Positions 50,139 to 59,431 are shown, numbered from the stretch's first letter. The stretch: 64,000 bases of DNA from Desulfobacterales bacterium (GCA_963674755.2 CAXXVS010000003.1:2432001-2496000), one strand, 5' to 3'. A program made the numbers and translations. Notes: generated by a model from the letters alone, not told the origin.

Positions 50139-52028
50139 GATGGCCGCGTAAAAAATCAGGCGGCCAATTTGTAGCTTTCTGGATATCTTCCCGACGAATT
50201 TGTCCAAGCGAAGGCAAATTCCACCAGAGCGGCCTGTAAACGTTCTTTGACACGATAAACAGCAGTCGTAATACGGTGATCAAGGCCCGGATTACCCTCT
50301 GCGGCCTTCATTCTGGCCCTGCGAACCCGGGCCGCCCGTAGCAGATTGAGCCCGGTGGCCTTCATTTTGGCACAGAAGCGCACCGCCGGCATGCCCCGAA
50401 CCCGTAGCTTTTTGACCCCGGTGCGCCGATCATATTCGCTCATGGTGGCCTCCACACCGGCCCGCCAGCGATAGGTGTCAATGAAAGCCTCGCTTTTCTC
50501 GGCCTTGCGACGCACCGATAGGCGATATTGCTTTCCGCTGTAGCGCAGATAGTTCTTCTTTTTCCCAGGCTTGACCGGGCAATGACCCGCATGCGGACAT
50601 CCCTGGCAAAGCGTGGAATCGAAGGCCGCGCTGTAACAATCGGTTTTCTTCTTGTGCTTCACCTGCTCGGGAACGTGACCCGCCGGACAGGTCTCGACAT
50701 AGCCCTTGTCATTAAAGCTAAACGCCGTGAGCGGCTTGGACTCATTGCCCTTCTGGGTCGGGGCGACAAGGTCGACATCGGCCACTTGGGCCGTCTGGTG
50801 GTTACTGTCACTGCCGTACAAAGTGTCGGCGACCAACTGATCGGGCCCCACACCCCGGATCTTGGTATCGGCGATGGCCGGCACCACGGCCTCCGCATCG
50901 CTCTCGCAGGCGGGTTGAACTTCGACATGGGTAATCAGGTTAAGCGCCTGCTCTTTTTCATTGGCCTCTTCACTGCGGCTGAAGCTCTCCATGATCTGGA
51001 CCTGATAGCCCTGGCCCTTGTGGCCGCTGTAGGTGGCCTCCGGGTCCGAAGGGTTTTGCAATGAGTCGGAGGGGATCTCGGCCGGCTTCTTTATCGTTAC
51101 TTGGGGGGCACCGGCGGCATCGGTCTCGACATGGCATTGATCGGCGAGCACCCGCTGCATGAGCTTGTAGCTGTGCATGAAAGCCACCGCCGTTTGGTCC
51201 TTGAAGCCCTCGATCAGATCGAACAGATCATTGCTGACCCGTTTTAACGTCTTTTCCGATTCCGTGGGTTTAACCAGAGAAAAGGCGGATAGGGCCTTCT
51301 CACCCCAGTAACGATCAATCACATCAGAAGCGATCGTATCGAACAGCTCTCGGTGGTGGCGTTTGAGATTGACCAGGAACTTGGCGATCGTGCGGCTGAA
51401 AATGGCAATACGGCCCAGCCGGCGCATGTTGGAGCGGATGTGTACCGAGTCGATGCGCTGGTTGGAAGGATCTACACCGAACACTTTGGCCAATTTGTCG
51501 GTGAGCTTTTCGAACATGACCCCGTCAATGCCATTTTCGGCCATCAGCTGGCGGGTCGACCACAGGGTCTTTTCGCTGACGTATTTGGCCTCGTCGCTTT
51601 CTTCAGTGATGTCCAGAGCATAATGCCACTGGAGGTTGTAGGCCAGCTGCTCGACGGCCTCGACATCGTTTAAATCCATGGTTTGCTGGAAAAGCATCAC
51701 TCCCAGCAGGGTATGCAGTTCCTTGGTGGGCCGCCCTATGGCTTCAGTGAAGAAGGGTTTTAACAGATCGACGGGAAGTTCTCCGAGCAGATGCTGGCGG
51801 AACAACCCGGGCCAGCCCTCTTCGAGCATCCGGCGCCGTTTGGGGCTCAAATAGGCCCACGGGTCGAAGAGATGTTGCTGTTTGTGGTCTTTGATGCGAA
51901 GCATGCGATCTCCAGGATAACCATCTGTAATTGTTTGGTTTCCTGTAGCATGACGAGAAGAAAATGGCAAGCTGAAATTGGGCGTTTTGTTAAATAATTC
52001 AGGCGGATAGACTTTTTACGATGCCATC
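50139..52028 (-). mobile_element. Insertion sequence, IS1182-like
   Basis: TIR GATGGCCGCGTAAAAA / TTTTTACGATGCCATC; 6-bp target duplication AAAGAT at 50133-50138 and 52029-52034. Confidence 0.9.
50156..51904 (-). CDS. DDE transposase (IS1182-like)
   Basis: RIDSVH, YSGHKGQGYQVQ, VADTLYG, CPAG...C..CP..C zinc ribbon, YRWRAGVEATMS. Confidence 0.88.
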   Translation of the reverse strand: MLRIKDHKQQHLFDPWAYLSPKRRRMLEEGWPGLFRQHLLGELPVDLLKPFFTEAIGRPTKELHTLLGVMLFQQTMDLNDVEAVEQLAYNLQWHYALDITEESDEAKYVSEKTLWSTRQLMAENGIDGVMFEKLTDKLAKVFGVDPSNQRIDSVHIRSNMRRLGRIAIFSRTIAKFLVNLKRHHRELFDTIASDVIDRYWGEKALSAFSLVKPTESEKTLKRVSNDLFDLIEGFKDQTAVAFMHSYKLMQRVLADQCHVETDAAGAPQVTIKKPAEIPSDSLQNPSDPEATYSGHKGQGYQVQIMESFSRSEEANEKEQALNLITHVEVQPACESDAEAVVPAIADTKIRGVGPDQLVADTLYGSDSNHQTAQVADVDLVAPTQKGNESKPLTAFSFNDKGYVETCPAGHVPEQVKHKKKTDCYSAAFDSTLCQGCPHAGHCPVKPGKKKNYLRYSGKQYRLSVRRKAEKSEAFIDTYRWRAGVEATMSEYDRRTGVKKLRVRGMPAVRFCAKMKATGLNLLRAARVRRARMKAAEGNPGLDHRITTAVYRVKERLQAALVEFAFAWTNSSGRYPESYKLAA

Positions 52029-52599
52029 AAAGATAAGCTTCAGAAGTTAGGAAAGTTAGAAGATATATATGCCAAGATTGAAAATGACGTTAAACGATCA
52101 GCTGTATTCTCCCTCTCAAAAGAGGAAAATAATGTATTAATGTGGTCGCACTACACAGAGAGTCATACTGGTTTTTCATTAGGTTTTACTTTGTCCAAAT
52201 CATTTACCGAATATAATGAATCAAAAGCAATTATTGGTAAAAACGACGTCCACTATTCTGAAGATAATCCGTTTGTTGATTATTTTATTGAATTTGCAAA
52301 ATGTACTCAGCTACCTGAATGGAATGAATTCTGGGTATCGCTATTGTCAATGGGGTTAGTTGTCAAATCTAAAGCTTGGGAATATGAAAATGAGGTGCGA
52401 ATTATAAGAGGGAAGCCAGGCAAGGTTCAGTTTTCACCTTCTGAACTTAAAGTTGTAATTTTCGGGTTAAATTTGACACCCAAAAAAAGAATGAAGATAC
52501 GAAATATACTATCTGATCATGAATGGAGTCATGTACAAATAAAAGAAGTTATCAGAGAAGATGATGGTTTTAGGTTAAAGGTGGTAAATTGTTAAGGAA

Positions 52600-52659
52600 A
52601 TATAACCAGCGACTGCTCCCGACGCTCGTTCCTCGCGCCGGAGAGCAGCGACGTTCGAC
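52600..52659 (+). other. attC site
   Basis: ATATAAC...CTGCTCCCGACGC/GCGCCGGAGAGCAG...GTTCGAC, 60 bp. Confidence 0.7.
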
Positions 52660-52716
52660 TCCAACAAAGAATGTACAAAAAATCATTTGGGAATAGATAA
52701 CAATAATGGGCGTGAT

Positions 52717-52778
52717 GGGGTCAAGTCTGCCCATGACCCAATTAAATTTCAAGATGAGTCATGAGCAGACTTGACCCC
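52717..52778 (+). repeat. REP-like hairpin, copy 4
   Basis: Same 62-bp palindrome. Confidence 0.9.
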
Positions 52779-52812
52779 AAGAACCTTTGATTCCTCGGAG
52801 AATAGTATAGAT

Positions 52813-53571
52813 ATGAACCGCATACTCAAAAGGTCATCAATCCGCCGATCGACGGATCAGGATCTCGCTCAAGTTCACACATGGCTCATTGAAGAGAATG
52901 AGCAGGGTGTCCATGGCAACTTTCTCTGCAACTGGAGGGTCATAGATAGGGCCCATAAAAATAGAAACCTATTAGTCTATATCGACGGCGCGGTTGGTCA
53001 ACCTGTCGGATTTCAGCTTGGCGGACTCTTAAGCCCCGGCATTCTCCAGGTGCGCAATTCATTCCGAGGGAAAGGCATTGGCCGGAAGCTGGTGGAGCGA
53101 TGCTTCTCGCTCGCAAACAAACGCAACGAACCCTGCCTTTTGATTCAGTGCATCCCTTCCTCATCGATTCTGTTTTGGAAGAAAATGGGATTCACCCTTT
53201 TGGATAAGAACAGGTACGGTGAACATTATGCCTATCGAGTGGTGAACAAGAGCCATAGGCTTCCAGAACAAGGCACCGATATTGACGACGCCATCGCATT
53301 TTATCCAGAGTCAAGGAGATGGGAGGTCAACGAAAAACCATATTCATATTTCTCTCCATCCGCCAGAATCGATTCAGATGGTGTTATACACCTCGGGCAA
53401 CGCGTAATTTTTCATGAAAAGACCTCTCCGAAATACGAGGATGTATTGGTGGGAATGGAAATATCAGGCGAACCTGCTTATCTTGATAAGGCGAAATATC
53501 AGCAGACGCGTGATATGGGCGTAGAGAGGTGCCAAAACGGGTACTATATTGACCTACTTAGGGTTTCCTGA
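52813..53571 (+). CDS. GNAT N-acetyltransferase; last codons replaced by IS5 insertion
   Basis: QVRNSFRGKGIGRKLV, FWKKMGF; IS inserted at 53560. Confidence 0.8.
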   Translation: MNRILKRSSIRRSTDQDLAQVHTWLIEENEQGVHGNFLCNWRVIDRAHKNRNLLVYIDGAVGQPVGFQLGGLLSPGILQVRNSFRGKGIGRKLVERCFSLANKRNEPCLLIQCIPSSSILFWKKMGFTLLDKNRYGEHYAYRVVNKSHRLPEQGTDIDDAIAFYPESRRWEVNEKPYSYFSPSARIDSDGVIHLGQRVIFHEKTSPKYEDVLVGMEISGEPAYLDKAKYQQTRDMGVERCQNGYYIDLLRVS

Positions 53572-55257
53572 ATAATGTCTTTTGCGCCGTATATCCTATC
53601 GCTACTGAGGTTTTACGGCCTGCAGAAGCCAACGAGACCAATGTCACCACCGAGACAAATACGGCAATATCGCCTTGCAGGAGGCTTAATCCAGCGGCTG
53701 GGAGCCCAGATAGTAGATGTGAGGCACGAAAAGAGCGCAAAAAAATGGCTCTTGAGCCACTTCTCCAGATTCATCACCAAAAAGGTTATCAGGATCGCCG
53801 CCTCGGAGGTGATATCGAGCTTGCACATGATCCGAGATAGGCTGAAGCGCCGCTTGCCTTGCCCGAACTTGCCTTCGATCGGTATCCGATCCAACTCGTC
53901 TTGGCGGGCTTGCTTGGCGATAGCCTGTCGCTTTGTGACATCAGCCGGCGGCCGGCCCAATGGCGGACCGGAAAGCCGAATGCCGTGCTTCTTGCAAAAC
54001 TTGCGGTTGTCCCGGGTGCGGTAGATCGTATCGGCGTGGACCGATTCCGGATAATGGCCAAAACGTGTGCGGTACGCCTCGATCTGATCGATCAGATCGC
54101 CGGACTCGTTGAAGGCATCCCAACTGATGCGATCCACAAAGGAGAAGCCGTCAATCAGGCTGGCAGATATCTTGGCTCCAAACTCAGTGGCCGCTCCGGC
54201 CTTTCCGCGCTTGATAGGTCGGACGTGGGGCTGTGAGACGCTCACGATGCGATCATCGATTCGAGTCTCACGGTGATCATAAAGCCATTGCTGCTGGCGA
54301 TAGACTTCATGGATGACCAGCAGGTTCTTGTAATGGCGCGGCTTGAGAACCGTAAGTGGCGTTTGACGGGACAATTTCTCAATCGTCTTCAAGTTACGTT
54401 TAAGATAGCCTAACTGCTTTCGCAGCGCCTTTCTCATCTTGTTCTTTGATAAACGTTTGCTCTTGGCGGCGGCAAGAAACGCTTTGCGGGCCACTTTACG
54501 GTAAGTGCGCGGCTTGTTCTGTTTTCCCTTGAGTGGCTTGTGCAGAATATCAATGATTTCTTCGCTTTTTTCACGAGCCGTGTTCAGCATTTTCAGATCA
54601 GTTGGAAAGGTAATGTCCGCCGGTGTGCAGGTGGCATCCACAAGCAGCTTGCCACGATTATCTGATGCGCCTCCTGCCAGATCGCTATCGTCATTAGAGT
54701 CCTTGGATGGCGCTGCTTTCTTTTCGGATTCAAGAGCCTTGCTGGCAATCCTTTCGTTGATCTTGGCGAAGCGCTTCTTTCCGAAGCGTTTTCTGAAGTA
54801 AACGAACAGCGACGGATCGAACGGTTTCTCGTCCCGGTAAGCCTTGTAGCCCAGAAAGTACTGCAGGTACGGATTCTCCCGGATCTGCTCCACGGTTTCC
54901 TCGTCGCTGGTGCCCAAGCGCTCTTTGATGATCAGCGCACCTAAGGCCACCCGCACTGATTTGGCCGGTGGCCCCAAACGTGAATTTCTAAAGCTTTTGC
55001 GGTAGGCTTTTTCAAACTCCGCCCAAGGGATGAACTTAGCCATCTTCACCCAGCGATTGTCGCTGCGCAGCCGACCGTCGAAAGGCAGGGCGAAATCTTC
55101 GAATTCCAATTGCCGTTGATTGTGTCGATACATGGGAAAGTCCGGAAAAAGTGCAAGGGTTTTGGGTAAAATGAAGGGGATTGCTTTTCACTTTTCCGAA
55201 TATTTATGACATATATTGACAATATATTCAATGACTTATTTGTTATTCAGGAAGCCC
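53561..55257 (-). mobile_element. Insertion sequence, IS5 family
   Basis: TIR GGGTTTCCTGAATAA / TTATTCAGGAAGCCC; 6-bp target duplication TACTTA at 53555-53560 and 55258-55263. Confidence 0.92.
53613..55133 (-). CDS. IS5-family DDE transposase
   Basis: LVDATC, RPIKRGK...EFGAK, HADTIY, RIPIEGKFGQGKR. Confidence 0.92.
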   Translation of the reverse strand: MYRHNQRQLEFEDFALPFDGRLRSDNRWVKMAKFIPWAEFEKAYRKSFRNSRLGPPAKSVRVALGALIIKERLGTSDEETVEQIRENPYLQYFLGYKAYRDEKPFDPSLFVYFRKRFGKKRFAKINERIASKALESEKKAAPSKDSNDDSDLAGGASDNRGKLLVDATCTPADITFPTDLKMLNTAREKSEEIIDILHKPLKGKQNKPRTYRKVARKAFLAAAKSKRLSKNKMRKALRKQLGYLKRNLKTIEKLSRQTPLTVLKPRHYKNLLVIHEVYRQQQWLYDHRETRIDDRIVSVSQPHVRPIKRGKAGAATEFGAKISASLIDGFSFVDRISWDAFNESGDLIDQIEAYRTRFGHYPESVHADTIYRTRDNRKFCKKHGIRLSGPPLGRPPADVTKRQAIAKQARQDELDRIPIEGKFGQGKRRFSLSRIMCKLDITSEAAILITFLVMNLEKWLKSHFFALFSCLTSTIWAPSRWIKPPARRYCRICLGGDIGLVGFCRP

Positions 55258-55396
55258 TACTTAGGGGCCTAATGCGGGGACATATCGTTTAGTTCCGATT
55301 GCTACGCTTGACCAATTCCGCCAACCAATGCAGGCAATGGACACACAGTAAGCGTCGCGCTGCGGCAGGGTGCCGCAGTGGATTTGGGCGCGTAAT

Positions 55397-55497
55397 GGGG
55401 TCAAGTCTGCCCATGACCCAATTAAATTTCAAGATGAGTCATGAGCAGACTTGACCCCAAGAACTGACCCCTGACCCCAAGAACTGACCCCAAGAAC
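55397..55497 (+). repeat. REP-like hairpin, copy 5, with tandem TGACCCC(AAGAAC) reiterations
   Basis: 62-bp palindrome 55397-55458 followed by three more TGACCCC units. Confidence 0.9.
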
Positions 55498-55729
55498 TGC
55501 CTGTTTGGTCAGAGAGCGTTGCTGCTGGCAGTCGGGATTACGTGGAGCAGGACGCCCAGGGGGACGCCCATGAAATTATGCCTTTCTATGGTGTAAGATA
55601 GGGCCGGAAACCGGGTCGGACCAAGTCAACTATTCGATATAAAATGTGATACGCTCTGAAATCACCCCAAAAAGGTCCCGATAACTGCATTTTTGACCTC
55701 GAAATCGGCGTTGCACGAAATCCGTAATC

Positions 55730-55880
55730 ATGGCACGCGCTCATCGGCATTTTATACCCAGGCAGGTTTGGCATCTGACGCACCGATGTCATAAGCGGGA
55801 ATTCTTGCTGGTCGGAGAGCATTGCCGTCGGCAGTCAGGCTTATGTCGCGAGGCTTGGTGAGGTGCTGGGAGGTATGGCC
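55730..55880 (+). pseudogene. Internally deleted Y1/RAYT-like (HUH) transposase
   Basis: MARAHRHFIPRQVWHLTHRCHKREFLL joined out of frame to WSESIAVGSQAYVARL; a second WSESVAAGSRDYVEQ fragment at about 55506-55550. Confidence 0.65.
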
Positions 55881-56057
55881 CACATTCCATTCGGTAGGGT
55901 ATAATAAAGGAATAGGTTCATATGCAAAAAAGGGGTCAAGTCTACATTTGACTGTTACCTCATGATTTGGTGACATTGCAAGGGCGCACCAAAAAACCTT
56001 GTTAAAATTGGATTCCGTGAGGGAACCATCTCAAAGTCAAATGGACATGCTCCATTA

Positions 56058-57449
56058 TCATGAACTTGATCTGACGTCGCAGTTTTCCACGATCCTTTTA
56101 TGGGGTTTGTACATTTCAGTTTTTATTCTGCTGTAGAACTCTTTTCTGAATCCCGGGATTTTGGTCAGAAGCATCACGACGGCGTTGATCAACCTTGATT
56201 TGTAGCGCTTGTGCGGGAAATCAAATGCCCCGTTATTTTTATAGTACCTGTAGTCCGCCTGGAAGACATGGCGCAGCTTGCCCCAGATATCGTCCCGGAA
56301 GATTTTTGAGCCACCGACGCCTAAAAAGGTTTGCGGCTGGCAATAGGCGTTATTTGAAAATGTGATCAAATGCTCAGCCAGTTTTTGGATACTGGCGTCA
56401 ATTTCATCGGAATTGCCGGTCTCATCGCAAACGATACCGGCGAAATTGGCTTGCTGGCATTCAAAGAAACCCTGACAGAAATCGTATAAATACGGCATCT
56501 GGCTCATCCGGCCGGAAACGAGGAAGCCCACCTGTTTGTCTTTCAGATCCGGGACGTGATTCATAAAAAAACGCCGGTCGAAATATTCCTTGAATTTGGA
56601 CGACATGTTTCGTCCGGTCAGTGGCATGGCAAAAATTACGACATCGGCAGGTAGAATCCTGGACCGATAAAAAGAGGAAAAGTCATCTTTGTACATGCAG
56701 CTATTGTCATAGCCGCACTTGATGCATCCGGTACACCCCCCCTGAATATTCATATCTCTCAGATTTACGATGTCGATGGCTTCGGTGTAAGCCTCTGAGA
56801 ATCGCTTGATCATGGCCTGAATGCCCGTATCATGCGGTTTGTGGTCTGTCACCAAAACGATTTTCTTGTTCCCGGCATCCAATTTTCTTGAGACAACGGC
56901 CGGCTCGAAGGCGTAGTTATTTTGTGGGATGGGTTGATATCTTTTCTGATGGTGGAATTTTTGCTCTGAAGATTCAAAATAATTTTCTGCAAACTTGAGC
57001 AGTGTTTCCCTGCCGCGGCTTTTTCTGAGATCATCCATTTCGGCCGAAAAATAACCGATATAGTTCAGTTCAAGATCATCACAGACGGCATGCATATAAC
57101 GGTGCGCGGTATGGTCATAGAAATGGATAGACGTTGTCATGACAATGGTGGACTTGTTTTTGAACGCCTGAGCAACGTTGCGTTCATGGATAAGCTCGAT
57201 GAATCGCATGTATTGGGCCGGCACGAATAGTGTGTATACGGGTGTGGACCATATGATGCTGTCACAGGATTCGATATCGGCCATTATGTCGTTAAAGAGA
57301 TCATCATTCTTTTCGATTTTTTTTATCCGGCTTGAAATGTTGTGAAACAGGTATTCATGGTCGGGATAATGTTTTTGAATAAATTTTACATACTGCATGG
57401 TAACGCTGGGTTCACCCTTGGGGCTTCCATTTAATATGACGATCTTCAT
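56058..57449 (-). CDS. NAD(P)H-dependent FMN reductase / iron-sulfur flavoprotein with two flavodoxin-like domains
   Basis: ILNGSPK, TPVY in domain 1; CTGCIKC.....C motif in domain 2. Confidence 0.82.
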   Translation of the reverse strand: MKIVILNGSPKGEPSVTMQYVKFIQKHYPDHEYLFHNISSRIKKIEKNDDLFNDIMADIESCDSIIWSTPVYTLFVPAQYMRFIELIHERNVAQAFKNKSTIVMTTSIHFYDHTAHRYMHAVCDDLELNYIGYFSAEMDDLRKSRGRETLLKFAENYFESSEQKFHHQKRYQPIPQNNYAFEPAVVSRKLDAGNKKIVLVTDHKPHDTGIQAMIKRFSEAYTEAIDIVNLRDMNIQGGCTGCIKCGYDNSCMYKDDFSSFYRSRILPADVVIFAMPLTGRNMSSKFKEYFDRRFFMNHVPDLKDKQVGFLVSGRMSQMPYLYDFCQGFFECQQANFAGIVCDETGNSDEIDASIQKLAEHLITFSNNAYCQPQTFLGVGGSKIFRDDIWGKLRHVFQADYRYYKNNGAFDFPHKRYKSRLINAVVMLLTKIPGFRKEFYSRIKTEMYKPHKRIVENCDVRSSS

Positions 57450-57478
57450 AGCGGCCTCCTGTGATAGGCGTTTTTAAA

Positions 57479-57526
57479 GTTGACCCCGTCAACATTGTGT
57501 ATAGGGCATGAAATTGACAGTGTCAA
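57479..57526. promoter_or_regulatory. Two palindromic operators, probable TetR sites
   Basis: GTTGAC-CCC-GTCAAC (57479-57493) and TTGAC-AGT-GTCAA (57514-57526) between divergent genes. Confidence 0.7.
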
Positions 57527-57591
57527 CATTAAATGTTAATCAATGACCAAAAAAGTGAAGATGGCGCGTCTGATTAACCGGGGGGGCAACA

Positions 57592-58251
57592 TTGGCAACC
57601 AAGAAAAGCTACCACCATGGCGATTTACGCAAAAAACTGCTGGCCACCGCCCTTGAAATTATATCTGAACATGGACTTGAAAAAGTGTCCATGCGGGGGC
57701 TTGGGCACCGCATAGGGGTGTCGAGAACCGCACCCTACCGGCACTTTGCCGATAAAAGCGCGCTGTTATGTGCCATCGCGGAACAGGGGCATCAAAAATT
57801 GACAGCAGTGCTGAAAAAAGCCAACCAGCAGCTTTCCGATGATCCGCTGACAAGACTTACCAATACCGGCATTGGCTATGTCGAATTCGCTGTTGCCAAC
57901 CCGGTCCATTACAGGATCATGTTCGGTAATGAGATCCTGGAAAATAAACGAACCTCCGAACTCGTCAACGCCGCTGAAACGTCATTTAATGAATTGCTCT
58001 ATGCAGTCAAGGCCTGTCAGGAAGAAAAGCTTATCAAACCAATCAACCCCTATATTATAGCCAACACACTGTGGTCATTGACGCATGGCATATCCATGCT
58101 TTTGATCGATGGACAGATTCAGTCGGCCAATGCGTTCCGAGGGATGCCGGCAATGCTTCAACCGGGTATTGAAGCAGGCAAGATCGATGTGCGAAAGATC
58201 TTTGAATATAAGAGTGATATTTTATTCACAGGTCTTATGGCAGATTCCTGA
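57592..58251 (+). CDS. TetR/AcrR family regulator (WHG-type C-terminus)
   Basis: YHHGDLR, GVSRTAPYRHF HTH, WSLTHG. Confidence 0.9.
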   Translation: MATKKSYHHGDLRKKLLATALEIISEHGLEKVSMRGLGHRIGVSRTAPYRHFADKSALLCAIAEQGHQKLTAVLKKANQQLSDDPLTRLTNTGIGYVEFAVANPVHYRIMFGNEILENKRTSELVNAAETSFNELLYAVKACQEEKLIKPINPYIIANTLWSLTHGISMLLIDGQIQSANAFRGMPAMLQPGIEAGKIDVRKIFEYKSDILFTGLMADS

Positions 58252-58366
58252 TGGCGCAATAATAATGGGGGCAAGTCTGCGATAGCTTCCCATATGAAAA
58301 CCTATAAATTGAAAAGAGAAGACGACACCCCATTTTTTTGTGATCGAAAAAATTGGGCATAAGATT

Positions 58367-58498
58367 GATGGAACCGTAAAAAGTCGAATTTCCTGTTTAA
58401 TCGTCATTCCGGCGAAAGCCGGAATCTTTTGATATCAGTGAGTTATAGATTTCGGATCAAGTCCGGAATGACAGATAGAAGACTTTTTACGAAACCAC
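58367..58498. mobile_element. MITE-like element with IS1182-like ends and internal GTCATTCCGG palindrome
   Basis: GATGGAACCGTAAAAAGTC / GACTTTTTACGAAACC ends; GTCATTCCGGCGAAAGCCGGAATC...TCCGGAATGAC interior. Confidence 0.65.
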
Positions 58499-58622
58499 AC
58501 TCTTGTCCAAAAACGGGATCAAATGGAAGTAATCTAACAAAATCTTGAAAAAAAGCCCCCTTGTGAGGCATGGTTTAGCTGCGAGGAAAAACCGATAGCC
58601 AACAACAGGGAGGCAAAATAAT

Positions 58623-58684
58623 GGGGTCAAGTCTGCCCATGACCCAATTAAATTTCAAGATGAGTCATGAGCAGACTTGACCCC
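58623..58684 (+). repeat. REP-like hairpin, copy 6
   Basis: Same 62-bp palindrome. Confidence 0.9.
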
Positions 58685-58694
58685 AAGAATCTCT

Positions 58695-58999
58695 GGCGTG
58701 GCGTTTTACAAGCAGGCCGATTTATGGTAGCCAAACTGTATACATCCCTTGCAGTTCAGCCGGCCTGTTATCCCGCATATTCGGGTGCGCTTCCTGCGCA
58801 CTTCTTCGAAATATACACGATGCAGCTTATAGAACATCGCTGCTGTTCTATAACACCGTTTCAAAATAGCCTATTTGGTGGATAAGAGAAATAAAACAGA
58901 GGGTTTATTGGAAAAGGATCATAAAGATAAATTGATGGTTATAGAACATTTTACGTTCTATAAGCCGCAATCGGAATGTTCTATAATACTATGTTATAT
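58695..58999 (+). other. attI-like module, copy 3 (longest version)
   Basis: 58695-58853 repeats 38823-38980; 58874-58999 resembles 44922-45047; ends GTTCTATAATACTAT-GTTATAT. Confidence 0.65.
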
Positions 59000-59018
59000 G
59001 AAAAAATAAGGGAGTAAT

Positions 59019-59075
59019 GGGGTCAAGTCTGCCCATGACCCAATTACAAGGTGAGTCATGAGCAGACTTGACCCC
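59019..59075 (+). repeat. REP-like hairpin, copy 7 (short-loop variant)
   Basis: Same arms, loop ATTACAAGG. Confidence 0.9.
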
Positions 59076-59431
59076 AAGAATTGACCCTTCCCGGGATCGC
59101 GGCACTACCTCTGTGATTATTGCGGCTACACCTCCCTTTCTTTTTTTAAAACGGTCTCTATCCGATTAGACCGCTTTCCAATTCGCAAAATCAAAACCGT
59201 TGTTAATGGGGTAAAAGCCGGGACGGAATAAAAGGGGCGATAGGAAAGGGCGGTGCGGTCATAGTAAGTGAAAATCACGGCCGCCGCTACGACCCCGACA
59301 ACCTCCGGCGGAATTCGGCGTCACGCCTTATAAGTTGGGGGAATACCTGGCTTATGCTGCAGGAGATCAACCTGGCGGTTTTTGCGCGTCTCACCCGAAC
59401 CGTCTGTCCATTAAAAAAGAACATATGAATA

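Larger units (their letters stand above)
49950..52595 (+). pseudogene. Cassette: DUF2971 domain protein interrupted by an IS
   Basis: LYKYR...FNDPVD before the IS; removing the IS and one AAAGAT restores the frame into KLQKL...LMWSHY...KSKAWEYENEVR. Confidence 0.85.
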
